The notes: generated from the sequence alone by a model not told the origin. A stretch of 54,839 nt of DNA from an uncultured Clostridium sp. (GCA_947303785.1 CAMYZH010000004.1:1-54839), one strand, 5' to 3'. Shown: positions 28,718 through 39,358, numbered from the stretch's first letter. Program-made: numbers and translations.

Positions 28718-29701
28718 ATGATATATGGTAATTCTGATAAACAGCGTGCTAATAATATTTCAAAAGCACTGGAATTTATATCTCAAAATCCAGCTAATTG
28801 GGAAGATAAAGAAATTGAACAACTAAAAGATTATTTGTTAACAGATAAATGGAAAACACCACTGGTTAATGAGTTTTTAGCAGAAATTGGAATTTCAAAA
28901 ATGCCAAGCATTTCAATTTATGATGAAATTTTAAAATATTATCCTCCTGCTGAGTATCGAAATATATTATTATATAATGGAAATAATAAAGGAAGTTTGC
29001 ATCTTCAAGAAGAATCTGAGAGCACAGAAGATTATGATTATTCAGGCATACATCTCCAAAGAAAACTTGCCAAAGCAGGATATAGTGTTGCTTTGAATGG
29101 TAGCATTAGTGACAGAGATGTTGAGCCTGACTTGATTATTGGTCTTAATGTTTCAAGAGAAGCTAAAAAGATTATTAATTCTGGAAAGACATCAGTTTTT
29201 AGTTTGTCGAGCAATCCTGAAGATTATGGATTTGAATTTCATGGAGAGGTTGTGAATGATATTAATGATTTTAAAAGGTTAATCAAAAAACATCATCGAG
29301 ATGTAGAATTCAAAGATGGGCAACTTCCAGAAGTTACTTTGTTTGAAACTTTTGAAAAATTGATAATAGATGAAGAAACACCAAATGATGACACACTATT
29401 TAAGCTTTTAAAACGATTATATAATAATGGAAGTTTTTATTTTGCTGCTTATGTAATATCTGGAATTCAAAATTTTGAAAAAGAAAAGAAGGATAAGGTT
29501 TGCCAATTCTTAACTTTGGTAAGCCAAAAAAGAGGAATTGAAGATGCTAAATATAATACTTTGGATGCGATTGAAGATGTTTTAGGTGAAAAAGTGTTTA
29601 CACTTATTAGAGAAGCATTAGTTCATAGATATAACGAATTAAGGAACCAAAAAGAAGAGACAACAGAACGTACTGATAACATTTTTGAACAACTTAAATA
29701 G
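28718..29701 (+). CDS. hypothetical protein
   Basis: 327 aa open frame with an AAAGGA RBS. No recognisable motif. Confidence 0.55.
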   Translation: MIYGNSDKQRANNISKALEFISQNPANWEDKEIEQLKDYLLTDKWKTPLVNEFLAEIGISKMPSISIYDEILKYYPPAEYRNILLYNGNNKGSLHLQEESESTEDYDYSGIHLQRKLAKAGYSVALNGSISDRDVEPDLIIGLNVSREAKKIINSGKTSVFSLSSNPEDYGFEFHGEVVNDINDFKRLIKKHHRDVEFKDGQLPEVTLFETFEKLIIDEETPNDDTLFKLLKRLYNNGSFYFAAYVISGIQNFEKEKKDKVCQFLTLVSQKRGIEDAKYNTLDAIEDVLGEKVFTLIREALVHRYNELRNQKEETTERTDNIFEQLK

Positions 29702-29727
29702 AAAATTTGAAAATAAAGGAATTATTT

Positions 29728-30612
29728 ATGGAAAAATCAAAAGTATATTTTTGTAAGGAGATTACTCCAGAAAATGTAGTTAAAATGTATGAAACTCTTG
29801 GAAAAAAATTACCAGGAAATGTAGCTGTAAAAGTTCATTCTGGAGAAGAAGGAAATCAAAATTATTTAAGACCAGAATTTATGAGAAAAATGATAGAACA
29901 TGTTAATGGAACAGTAGTTGAATGTAATACTGCATATGCAGGACAAAGAAATACTACTGAAAAACATCTAAAAACAATAGAGAAACATGGGTGGAACGAG
30001 TATTTCGATGTAGACCTATTAGATGAAGAGGGGCCGGACATAAGTGTATCTATACCAAATGGAAAACATTTAAAAGAAGATTTTCTTGGTAAAGACATAG
30101 AAAAATATGATTCAATGCTTGTTTTATCACATTTTAAAGGCCATCCTATGGGCGGATTTGGAGGAACTTTAAAACAACTATCTATTGGATGTGCTTCTTC
30201 AGAAGGAAAAGCTTGGATACATTCAGCAGGTCAAAGTAAAGATCAATATACAATTTGGAATAATTTACCACCACAAAATGATTTCTTAGAAAGTATGGCT
30301 GAAGCTGCCTCTGCAGTTGTAAAATATTTTGATGGAAATATGGCTTTTATTAATGTAATGGCAAATATGAGTGTTGATTGTGATTGCTGTGCAGTGGCTG
30401 AAGATCCATGTATGAAAGACATAGGAATATTAGCTTCATTAGATCCAATTGCAATTGATCAGGCATGTATAGATTTAGTAAAAAAATCAAATGATCCTGG
30501 AAAGGAACATTTCTTAGAAAGAGTAAATTCGCGAAATGGAACACATACTATAGATACTGCAGCAGAGCTTGGATTTGGAAGTAAAGAGTATGAATTAATA
30601 GAAATTGATTAA
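29728..30612 (+). CDS. DUF362 domain protein
   Basis: KVYFCKEITPENVVKMYETLGKKLPGNVAVKVHSGEEGNQNYLRPEF...ECNTAY matches the DUF362 N-terminal pattern. A Cys cluster CDCC is present. Confidence 0.6.
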   Translation: MEKSKVYFCKEITPENVVKMYETLGKKLPGNVAVKVHSGEEGNQNYLRPEFMRKMIEHVNGTVVECNTAYAGQRNTTEKHLKTIEKHGWNEYFDVDLLDEEGPDISVSIPNGKHLKEDFLGKDIEKYDSMLVLSHFKGHPMGGFGGTLKQLSIGCASSEGKAWIHSAGQSKDQYTIWNNLPPQNDFLESMAEAASAVVKYFDGNMAFINVMANMSVDCDCCAVAEDPCMKDIGILASLDPIAIDQACIDLVKKSNDPGKEHFLERVNSRNGTHTIDTAAELGFGSKEYELIEID

Positions 30613-30646
30613 TATTTAAAAATTCAAAACAAAAGGAAGTGATTAT

Positions 30647-31745
30647 TTGTTAGAACTTGAAGAAAATATTAAGTTATTAAATTCTTTAAAGTCTAAACTA
30701 GAAAGTTTAGGTGAATCTCTTTGACATTTCAAATAAAGAGAAAGAACTTAAAGCACTAGAAAATAAAACATTAGAACCTGACTTTTGGAATGATAATAAA
30801 GAGTCAGGAAAAATCTTAGTTAAAATCAAGTCAATTAAAAATATTGTATTAGACTTTAATAAAACAAAAAGCGAACTAGAAAATTTAATTGAAATGACAA
30901 ATTTAGTTTTAGAAGAAAAAGATGAAGGGCTAGTTAAAGATATCTTATCTGGTACAAGTAATATAGAAAAAGAAGTCGAAAGATTAGAACTTTCGACATA
31001 TTTATCTGGAAAGTATGATAAGAATAATGCAATTCTTACAATTCATCCTGGGGCAGGAGGAACTGAATCACAAGACTGGGCTGAAATGTTATATAGAATG
31101 TATTGCAAATGGGCTAGTAAAGCAGAATATACAATAAATGAAGTAGACTTTTTAGAAGGTGATGGAGCTGGAATTAAAAGTGTTACATTTGAAGTTATAG
31201 GGGAAAATGCATATGGATATTTAAAAGGTGAGATGGGAGTTCACAGACTTGTTCGTATTTCTCCATTTGATAGCAATTCAAGAAGACATACATCATTTGC
31301 TTCTGTTGAAGTATTACCAGAAATTACAGATGATATTGAATTAGATATTAATCCAGATGATTTAAGAGTCGATACCTATAGAGCCTCAGGTGCTGGAGGA
31401 CAACATGTAAACAAAACTTCATCTGCTGTCAGAATTACACATATTCCTACCAATATAGTTGCACAATGTCAATCAGAAAGATCTCAAATACAAAATAGAG
31501 AAACAGCAATGAGAATGCTTAAATCTAAATTACTTGATTTAAAAGAAAGAGAACAAAAAGAGAAAATTGAAGATTTAAAAGGTGTTCAAAGAGAAATAGC
31601 ATGGGGAAGCCAAATAAGGTCATATGTTTTTTGTCCATATACTATGGTTAAAGACCATAGAACTAACTGTGAAACTGGAAATGTTCAAGCAGTTATGGAT
31701 GGTGGAATAGATGCATTTATTGAAAGTTATTTAAAAATGTGTTAA
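30647..31745 (+). CDS. prfB: peptide chain release factor 2, with programmed +1 frameshift
   Basis: TTG 30647 after an AAGGAAG RBS opens a 25-codon frame (MLELEENIKLLNSLKSKLESLGESL) that ends at CTT TGA C. The +1 frame continues DISNKEKEL.. to the SPF and GGQHVNKTSSAVR motifs. Confidence 0.9.
30719..30725 (+). promoter_or_regulatory. prfB: prfB autoregulatory +1 frameshift site CTT TGA C
   Basis: Exact classical heptamer. The in-frame TGA is at 30722..30724. Confidence 0.9.
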
Positions 31746-31826
31746 AATAATAACTGATTTTGTTTTTTGAAATATAATAAATAGAGATTTTTATAAAAAT
31801 AATAATAGGAAGAGACGAATTTTCAA

Positions 31827-32867
31827 ATGAAGAAGAGAAAAAGTTATTTAAAAAATTTTATATTTTTTGCACTTTTAATATTTTTAACATTTTATATAAT
31901 GCTTAAAGATCAAGATTTACTTGGAATTTTCAATATATTAAAATCTGCACAGATAAAATTTGTATTAATTGGTATAGGATGTATGTTCATATATTTGGCA
32001 TTAGAGTCATTTAATTTAGGGAGAACTTTAAAAAACTTAAATGAGAAGACAACTCCTATTAAGAATTTGAAATATTCATTTATTGGATTTTTCTTTAGTT
32101 CTATAACTCCAGCTGCAAGTGGTGGTCAGCCAATGCAAGTTTATTATATGCATAGAGATAATATTTCTGTTGCAAACTCTACTTTAGCTTTATTAATAAA
32201 TCTGTCAAGTATGCAAATAGTAACAATTAGTTTTGCACTTATAAGTGTTATTTTTAATTATCAATATTTAACACCAGTTTTAATTGTTTGTTTTATAATT
32301 GGATTAATGCTTAACTTTAGTGCTTTAATGCTTTTATTAATAGGAATTTGTTCTAAAAAAATGTCTAGGGGATTGTTGAATTTTGCTTTGAAAGTTTTGA
32401 GATTTTTTAGAGTTAAAAATATAGAAGAAAAAAGAGAGAAATTTGAAGAAGAACTTGAAAAATATCATCAAAGTGCAATATACATTAGAAATAATAAGAT
32501 TTTAATACTAAGAACATTATTTGTTACATTAATTCAGTTTACATTCTATTATAGTATTACATATTGGGTATATAGAGCTTTAGGATTTAATCAATATAAG
32601 ATTATGCAAATAATTACTATGCAATCAGTGTTATTTGCTACTGTATCAGGAATTCCTTCTCCTGGCGCTGTTGGAGTAAGTGAAGGAGCTTTTATGGAAA
32701 TATTTAAAAAAGTATATCCTAAAAATATGATAAGTAGTGCTGTATTACTAAGTAGAGGAATAAACTTTTATCTATATGTTTTTATAAGTGGAATAGTTAC
32801 AATAATTAATCATTTTGTAAGAAAGAAAATATATAAAGATGAAGGTGAAGAGGGAATAATTATATGA
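31827..32867 (+). CDS. flippase-like / lysylphosphatidylglycerol-synthase TM-domain protein (UPF0104)
   Basis: 346 aa multi-TM protein with ITPAASGGQPMQVYYM and the GIPSPGAVGVSEGAF motif typical of UPF0104. Confidence 0.6.
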   Translation: MKKRKSYLKNFIFFALLIFLTFYIMLKDQDLLGIFNILKSAQIKFVLIGIGCMFIYLALESFNLGRTLKNLNEKTTPIKNLKYSFIGFFFSSITPAASGGQPMQVYYMHRDNISVANSTLALLINLSSMQIVTISFALISVIFNYQYLTPVLIVCFIIGLMLNFSALMLLLIGICSKKMSRGLLNFALKVLRFFRVKNIEEKREKFEEELEKYHQSAIYIRNNKILILRTLFVTLIQFTFYYSITYWVYRALGFNQYKIMQIITMQSVLFATVSGIPSPGAVGVSEGAFMEIFKKVYPKNMISSAVLLSRGINFYLYVFISGIVTIINHFVRKKIYKDEGEEGIII

Positions 32868-33187
32868 AAAATAATCTGTTAAAATTATGTAGTTCTATTT
32901 TATTATTGGTTTCAATATTTATTGCAACACATGTTAAGAGTTTATTTTTATCATTTGGAATTGTAACATGTATACTTTGCTTTATTAAATTTTTAATTGT
33001 AATGATTTTGGAGCCAGATAATTTGTTTGAAATAATAAAGAAATTTATATATTTATTTGTAATGATTGCAATTATTTTAGGTATGATTTTTTCTAATAAA
33101 ATATGTTTTATTATATTAGAAATTATTATTCTAATCGATACATTGCTAGAAATTTTAAGATTTATAAAAAACTCAAAAAATGCTTGA
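32864..33187 (+). CDS. small hydrophobic membrane protein
   Basis: 107 aa with 3 predicted TM helices. It overlaps the upstream stop (ATATGA). Confidence 0.45.
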   Translation: MKNNLLKLCSSILLLVSIFIATHVKSLFLSFGIVTCILCFIKFLIVMILEPDNLFEIIKKFIYLFVMIAIILGMIFSNKICFIILEIIILIDTLLEILRFIKNSKNA

Positions 33188-33299
33188 AAAATTATATGTT
33201 TTCAAGTTTTTTTTATATAATCCCGCTTCTAGATTAGAAAACATTGTAACAAAAAATCCTAGTGCGAATATTATATTTACTAAAAAGGAGGGGGATAGT

Positions 33300-33893
33300 A
33301 TGTTTCAAGATTTTAATAGTTATAATCAATTTTATGGAATAAATAATGGTGGCAATATTATGGCTGATGCCAATTGGCCAAACAATCAAGAAATTAATTT
33401 TCAAAGAAACTTATCTAATGGATTTGATATGAGGCAACAAGTTTCAAATAATAATATAGAGCTTATTTCTATAAATCAAGCGATTAATATGATTAGAAAA
33501 TGTATTAATGATTATGGTAATGAAGAACTTTTTTATAGTGAGCTAATAAAAAACATATCTAATGAAAAGGTTTTATCAATTGTTAAAGATATAAGAGATG
33601 ATGATAGAAGACACAATAGATTATTAAAAGAAGTATATTCAAATTTGACAGGTCAAATGGTTCCTATGGATAATTATCAAAGTAGTTTTGATGATAAAAG
33701 TGACAAAAAAGATAATGACATTTCTGAACAATTAGAAATTTTGTTATTTGATAAGTTAGACAATGTAGAAAAATTTAGAAAAATATTAGGAGTTATGCCA
33801 AGTGGTGAAAATTATACTTTAGTTTTTGCAATTCTAACAGATGAACTTAAAAATTCTTCTAAAATTAATTACTTAATACATATTAATAAATAA
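33300..33893 (+). CDS. ferritin-like / spore-coat-like protein
   Basis: ATG 33300 follows AAGGAGGGGG. The helical region E..FY..L...DIRDDDRRHNRLLKEVYSNLTG resembles a ferritin-like domain. Confidence 0.4.
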   Translation: MFQDFNSYNQFYGINNGGNIMADANWPNNQEINFQRNLSNGFDMRQQVSNNNIELISINQAINMIRKCINDYGNEELFYSELIKNISNEKVLSIVKDIRDDDRRHNRLLKEVYSNLTGQMVPMDNYQSSFDDKSDKKDNDISEQLEILLFDKLDNVEKFRKILGVMPSGENYTLVFAILTDELKNSSKINYLIHINK

Positions 33894-33928
33894 AGGAGTA
33901 CTTTTTAAAAAGTGCCCCTTTATTAGTT

Positions 33929-34603
33929 TTAAACTACATATAATAAAACACATAAAAAATGTAATAGACTTCCTAAAAAAATAAAAATATGAAAAATTGA
34001 ATGTATATATTTTAGTTTTTTTCCTAAGCCATATAGTATTGCCCCGATACTATATATGATTCCGCCACTTAATAATAAACCAAATCCAACAGGGGTTAAA
34101 AGGGGTGGAAGAATACTTGCTTTAACTATTATACACCATCCCATAAGCAGGTAGCATATCATAGATAGTATTTTATATTTTTTTATATCTATAGAATTGA
34201 ATATAATACCAATTATTGCTAAAGTCCAGATTATAGAAAAAATTGTCCATGCAAATTTTGAATTATATTTCATAAGTGTACATAAGCAAAATGGAGTATA
34301 TGAACCTGCAATAAGTAAGAATATTGCACAATGGTCAAATATTTGAAATACTTTTTTAGCTTTTAAATTTGGGCTTAACCCATGATAAATACTTGACATT
34401 GTATATAGAACAATCATTGAAATTCCAAATATTACACCACTAATCACTCCACATGGATTATGATGGATTGCTGCAAAAATAGGAAGTAGTATAACTGCTA
34501 CAATTCCTAGAGCCCCACCACATATATGTGTAACCATATTAAATATTTCTTCACCTTTTGTATATTTAGGCAAAATTCTATCTTTTAATTTTGTCCTTTT
34601 CAT
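33929..34603 (-). CDS. hemolysin III family channel protein (PAQR)
   Basis: 7-TM protein with EEIFNMVTHICGG, SSIYH and HIFIFLGSLLHF motifs. Confidence 0.85.
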   Translation of the reverse strand: MKRTKLKDRILPKYTKGEEIFNMVTHICGGALGIVAVILLPIFAAIHHNPCGVISGVIFGISMIVLYTMSSIYHGLSPNLKAKKVFQIFDHCAIFLLIAGSYTPFCLCTLMKYNSKFAWTIFSIIWTLAIIGIIFNSIDIKKYKILSMICYLLMGWCIIVKASILPPLLTPVGFGLLLSGGIIYSIGAILYGLGKKLKYIHSIFHIFIFLGSLLHFLCVLLYVV

Positions 34604-34791
34604 TTGAGATTACCTCCTTATAATATGTATATTAAATAGTATTTTAATTATTACAATTGATTAAAATGTAACACATACTATATTACCTAGTAATGAATAC
34701 TATATCACAACAAAACTTTAATGTCAAACATAGAAAAAGCAAACCTTTTAATCAGCATAATTGTTAAAGAGTCTGCTTTTGATTGATTTTA

Positions 34792-35700
34792 TTAATAATA
34801 AATTCCTTGATACAAATTCTTTTCTTTTAAGATTTTTTCTATTCCATTTAATACTCTCTTTTTGTGAGTAGTCCAATTTGGTGCAACTAATAAATCTTTT
34901 GGAGGATCTCCTGTTATTCTATGAATTATCAATTCTGGGTTTATATGTGTTATGACATATTCTAGACAATCCATATAGTATTCAAAGGAAATTGGTAAAT
35001 ATTGTCCTTGATTATATAATTTATGTAATTTTGTTCCACTTATTATATATGTTGAATGTATTTTTATTCCATGGAGATTATGTTTATTTATAAAATCTAT
35101 AGTATTTAGTAAATCATCTTTAGTTTCATTTGGTAGACCTATCATAATATGAGCTATAACGTCAATATCATATTTATTAAGTAATAAAACAGCTTTTGTA
35201 AATTCTTCTGATAAATAACCTCTGTTTATGAGTTTTGCCGTTTCATCATTTGAGGTTTGTAAGCCAAGTTCAACACAAACATTTACATTATTTTTATATG
35301 AATGTAGCAGTTTTACGATTTCCTCTGTAATACAATCTGGTCTTGTTGCTATTTGAAGTCCAACAATTCGTTTATCTATTAAACTAGAGTCATATTTTTC
35401 CTTTAATTGGTTAATACTATATCCATAGGTATTTGTAAAATTTTGAAAATATATTATGAACTTATTTGCTCTTTCAGAACGATAACTTGAAAAGAAATTA
35501 TGTATTTGTTCTGGTATAGAAATATTTTGTAGATGTTCTCCAGAGCCTTTTTCACCACAGAATATGCAACCTCCGGTTCCGCAGGTTTTGTCTCTATTTG
35601 GGCATGTAAAATTTCCATCAACACAAATTTTTAGTGTACGCTCACCAAATTTGTTTTTTAAATATTCATTTAAATGATTATATGTTTTTTTATTTTCCAT
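34792..35700 (-). CDS. TIGR01212-family radical SAM protein
   Basis: MENKKTYNHLNEYLKNKFGERTLKICVDGNFTCPNRD...GGCIFCG. The start is uncertain, since the ORF stays open up to TTG 35736. Confidence 0.75.
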   Translation of the reverse strand: MENKKTYNHLNEYLKNKFGERTLKICVDGNFTCPNRDKTCGTGGCIFCGEKGSGEHLQNISIPEQIHNFFSSYRSERANKFIIYFQNFTNTYGYSINQLKEKYDSSLIDKRIVGLQIATRPDCITEEIVKLLHSYKNNVNVCVELGLQTSNDETAKLINRGYLSEEFTKAVLLLNKYDIDVIAHIMIGLPNETKDDLLNTIDFINKHNLHGIKIHSTYIISGTKLHKLYNQGQYLPISFEYYMDCLEYVITHINPELIIHRITGDPPKDLLVAPNWTTHKKRVLNGIEKILKEKNLYQGIYY

Positions 35701-35777
35701 AATAGTAAGTATAGCAAGGTTTTTGAAAATAATCAAATTTCCTTTTTAAATATATATTTTTAATAGGGAAAGATGCC

Positions 35778-35806
35778 TTGAAAAAATTTTTTCGTAATGA
35801 TAATAT
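35778..35806 (+). promoter_or_regulatory. candidate sigma-A promoter of adhE
   Basis: TTGAAA, 17 nt spacer, TAATAT. Confidence 0.4.
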
Positions 35807-35847
35807 ATTTTTGATTTAATATACAAAAGAAAGGAAGTTAATTTTAT

Positions 35848-38457
35848 ATGAACAAAGAATATAAAATTGTTGACAGTATAGAGTCTTTAGAAGAGGCGAT
35901 TACTAATGTTAAAGTAGCTCAAGCTAAATTTGCGACATATACTCAAGAACAAGTAGATAAAATATTTTTAGCAGCTTCTATTGCTGCTAATAAAGCTAGA
36001 ATTCCACTTGCCAAATTGGCTGTTGAAGAGACTGGAATGGGAGTTTTGGAAGATAAGGTAATTAAGAACCACTTTGCTTCAGAATATATTTATAATAAAT
36101 ATAAAGATTCTAAAACTTGTGGGACTATTGAATATAACGGATCTTATGGAATTAGAAAAGTTGCTGAGCCTATTGGATTGATTGCTGCTGTTATCCCTAC
36201 TACAAATCCTACTTCTACAGCTATTTTTAAAGCACTAATTGCATTGAAAACTAGAAATGGAATAATTTTTAGTCCACATCCTAGAGCTAAAAAATCAACT
36301 ATTGAAGCTGCTAAGATTGTTTTAGAAGCTGCTGTTGAAGCAGGTGCACCAGAGGGAATTATTTCATGGATTGATGTTCCATCTTTGGAACTAACTAATA
36401 CTTTAATGCATGAGGCAGATACTATTTTGGCAACAGGTGGACCTGGAATGGTAAAATCTGCTTATTCAAGTGGTAAGCCAGCACTTGGAGTTGGAGCTGG
36501 AAATACTCCTGCTATTATTGATGAATCTGCAGATATTGTATTGGCTGTAAATTCTATAATTCATTCTAAAACTTTTGATAATGGTATGATATGTGCTTCA
36601 GAACAATCTGTTATTGTTTTAGATAGTATTTATGATGCTGTTAAAGAAGAATTTAGAAATAGAGGATGCTACATTTTAAATCAAGAAGAGACTGATAAAC
36701 TTCGCAAAACTATGATTATTAATGGAGCGCTAAATGCAAAAATCGTTGGGCAAAAGGCTCATACTATTGCAAATTTAGCTGGAGTTTGGGTTCCTGAGAA
36801 TACAAAAATTCTTATTGGTGAAGTTGAAAAAACTGATATTTCAGAAGAATTTTCACATGAAAAATTATCTCCAGTTCTTGCTATGTATAGAGCACATGAC
36901 TTTGAAGATGCAATAACAAAAGCTGCTGATATGATTGGACATGGTGGACTTGGACATACTTCATCATTATTTATTGATACAATTAGTCAAAATGATAAAA
37001 TTGAAAAATTCTATGAATCAATGAAAACATGTAGAGTTTTAATTAATACTCCCGCTTCTCAAGGAGGAATTGGAGATTTATATAATTTTAAACTTACTCC
37101 TTCACTTACACTAGGTTGTGGCTCTTGGGGAGGAAACTCAATTTCAGAAAATGTTGGAATAAATAATTTATTAAATATTAAATCAATAGCTGAAAGGAGA
37201 GAGAATATGCTTTGGTTTAGAGCACCTGAAAAGGTTTATATTAAAAGAGGTTGCATACCTGTAGCACTAGAGGAATTAAAAAATGTATTAAATAAACATA
37301 GAGTATTTATAGTTACAGATACATTTTTATTTGAAAATGGTTATACAAGATGTATAACTGATAAATTAAATGAACTTGGAATAGAGCATACAACATTTTC
37401 AAATGTTGCTCCAGATCCTGATTTAGCTTCTGCGATTGAAGGTAAAAAACAAATGGAAGAATTCAAGCCTGATTGCATTATTGCACTTGGTGGTGGTTCT
37501 GCAATGGATGCTGCTAAAATAATGTGGGTTATGTATGAACATCCTGAAGTAGATTTTATGGATATGGCTATGAGATTTATGGATATTAGAAAAAGAGTTT
37601 ATACTTTCCCAAAGATGGGAGAAAAAGCTTATTTTATAGCTATTCCTACATCAGCAGGAACTGGTTCTGAAGTTACTCCTTTTGCAGTTATTACAGATGA
37701 AAAAACTGGTACTAAATATCCACTTGCTGATTATGAATTAATGCCTAAAATGGCTATAGTTGATAGTGATATGATGATGAATGCACCTAAAGGTTTAACA
37801 TCAGCTTCTGGAATTGATGCATTAGTTCATTCTGTTGAAGCTTATGTATCAATGATGGCAACAGATTTTACTGATGGACTTGCATTAGAAGCAATTAAGA
37901 TTATTCTAGAATATTTACCTCGTGCTTATGAAAATGGCGGAAATGATCCTGAAGCTAGAGAGAAAATGGCTAATGCTGCAACAATGGCTGGTATGGCTTT
38001 TGCAAATGCATTTTTGGGTATTTGCCATTCTATGGGACATAAGTTAGGTTCTTTCCATCATTTGCCACATGGAGTTACAGTTGCTTTAGTTTTAAATCAT
38101 GTAATGAGATTTAATAGTAGTCAAGCTCCAGAAAAAATGGGAACTTTCCCTCAATATGATCATCCGAAGACATTAAGAAAATATGCTAAACTTGCTGAAG
38201 GCCTTGGAATTACTGAAGAAAATGATGAGGAAAAATTAGAAAAACTTATTGCTAAATTTGATGAATTAAAAGATAAAATAGGTGTTAAACATTCAATTAG
38301 AGATTATGGAATTTCTGAGGAAGATTTTATGAAGACTCTTGATGAGATGAGCCTTCAAGCATTTGACGATCAATGTACTGGAGCAAATCCACGTTACCCT
38401 CTAGTAGAGGAAATTAAAGAATTGTATTTAAAAGCATATTATGGAGGTGATAGATAA
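35848..38457 (+). CDS. adhE: bifunctional acetaldehyde-CoA/alcohol dehydrogenase
   Basis: 869 aa. N-terminal ALDH domain (catalytic Cys in FDNGMICASEQS) plus a C-terminal iron-ADH domain (GGGSAMDAAK and His cluster). Confidence 0.95.
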   Translation: MNKEYKIVDSIESLEEAITNVKVAQAKFATYTQEQVDKIFLAASIAANKARIPLAKLAVEETGMGVLEDKVIKNHFASEYIYNKYKDSKTCGTIEYNGSYGIRKVAEPIGLIAAVIPTTNPTSTAIFKALIALKTRNGIIFSPHPRAKKSTIEAAKIVLEAAVEAGAPEGIISWIDVPSLELTNTLMHEADTILATGGPGMVKSAYSSGKPALGVGAGNTPAIIDESADIVLAVNSIIHSKTFDNGMICASEQSVIVLDSIYDAVKEEFRNRGCYILNQEETDKLRKTMIINGALNAKIVGQKAHTIANLAGVWVPENTKILIGEVEKTDISEEFSHEKLSPVLAMYRAHDFEDAITKAADMIGHGGLGHTSSLFIDTISQNDKIEKFYESMKTCRVLINTPASQGGIGDLYNFKLTPSLTLGCGSWGGNSISENVGINNLLNIKSIAERRENMLWFRAPEKVYIKRGCIPVALEELKNVLNKHRVFIVTDTFLFENGYTRCITDKLNELGIEHTTFSNVAPDPDLASAIEGKKQMEEFKPDCIIALGGGSAMDAAKIMWVMYEHPEVDFMDMAMRFMDIRKRVYTFPKMGEKAYFIAIPTSAGTGSEVTPFAVITDEKTGTKYPLADYELMPKMAIVDSDMMMNAPKGLTSASGIDALVHSVEAYVSMMATDFTDGLALEAIKIILEYLPRAYENGGNDPEAREKMANAATMAGMAFANAFLGICHSMGHKLGSFHHLPHGVTVALVLNHVMRFNSSQAPEKMGTFPQYDHPKTLRKYAKLAEGLGITEENDEEKLEKLIAKFDELKDKIGVKHSIRDYGISEEDFMKTLDEMSLQAFDDQCTGANPRYPLVEEIKELYLKAYYGGDR

Positions 38458-39218
38458 TGTATTTAAATTTAGATAATCCAATTGCACAAAGAGCTACAAA
38501 GACAGTATATAAAGATGGAGATAAAACGATTAAGCTATTTGTTAAAGACTATTCTAAAGCAAATATTTTAAATGAAGCATTAAATCAAGCTAGAGTTGAA
38601 GAAGGAACAGACCTTAATATTCCTAAATTACTTGAGGTTAGTAAAATTGATGATAGATGGGCACTTGTATTAGAACATATAGAAGGAACACCTTTAGATG
38701 TTTTAATGAGAGAACATCCTGAAAAAATGGAAGAATACTTGAATACATTTGTTGATGTACAACTTAAGATTCAATCTTGTACTGTACCAATGCTTAATAG
38801 AATGAATGAAAAATATTCAAGAAAAATTTCAGAGGCTAACAATATTACAGATAATGCTAAATATGAATTGTTACAAAGATTAGATGGAATGAAAAAACAT
38901 AATAAGGTATGTCATGGAGATTATAATCCAAGTAATGTTATCATAAAAGAAGATGGAACAGTATATGTAATTGACTGGGCACATGTTACGCAAGGAAATG
39001 GCTCAGGAGATGCTGCTAGAACATTTTTACTTTTCTCAATGGAAGGAAAAGATGATATAGCAAAAAGATATCTTGAACTATTTTCACAAAAAAGTGGAAT
39101 CGAATATGAAACAATTCAAAGATGGATTCCAATAGTTGCAGCATCACAAATGTCAAAAGGAAGACCAGAAGAACAAGAATTTCTATCTAAGTGGATAGAT
39201 GTTATTGATTACCAATAA
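38457..39218 (+). CDS. aminoglycoside/choline kinase-fold phosphotransferase family protein
   Basis: Catalytic loop HGDYNPSNVII and VIDW. The ATG overlaps the adhE TAA (TAATG). Confidence 0.7.
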   Translation: MYLNLDNPIAQRATKTVYKDGDKTIKLFVKDYSKANILNEALNQARVEEGTDLNIPKLLEVSKIDDRWALVLEHIEGTPLDVLMREHPEKMEEYLNTFVDVQLKIQSCTVPMLNRMNEKYSRKISEANNITDNAKYELLQRLDGMKKHNKVCHGDYNPSNVIIKEDGTVYVIDWAHVTQGNGSGDAARTFLLFSMEGKDDIAKRYLELFSQKSGIEYETIQRWIPIVAASQMSKGRPEEQEFLSKWIDVIDYQ

Positions 39219-39248
39219 GTGTCAAATGGGACGGAGAATTTTGACACT
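39219..39248. repeat. left arm of a 30-bp inverted repeat
   Basis: gtgtcaaatgggacggagaattttgacact. Its reverse complement matches 39295..39324 at 28/30 positions. It starts 1 nt after the stop codon at 39218. Confidence 0.85.
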
Positions 39249-39294
39249 AAAATTATTAATTATGACTATTTAATAAAATACACATATTAAAAAT

Positions 39295-39324
39295 AGTGTC
39301 AAAATCCTCCGTCCCATTTGACAG
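39295..39324. repeat. right arm of the 30-bp inverted repeat
   Basis: agtgtcaaaatcctccgtcccatttgacag. The arms are separated by a 46-nt AT-only spacer. Confidence 0.85.
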
Positions 39325-39329
39325 CCCCA

Positions 39330-39358
39330 TTGACACTACTATTTTCTTTTGATATAAT
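39330..39358 (+). promoter_or_regulatory. consensus sigma-A promoter (TTGACA, 17 nt spacer, TATAAT)
   Basis: Perfect -35 and -10 hexamers with 17-nt spacing, about 34 nt upstream of the micro-ORF ATG. Confidence 0.7.

Noticed and set aside
30711-31745. prfB as a 5'-truncated or frameshifted pseudogene starting at GTG 30711
   Set aside because: The upstream 25-codon frame and the exact CTT TGA C site show this is the normal programmed frameshift.
33180-33299. N-terminal extension of the 33180 ORF and overlap with the preceding membrane protein
   Set aside because: A very strong AAGGAGGGGG RBS precedes ATG 33300, and the upstream 40 codons have no RBS.
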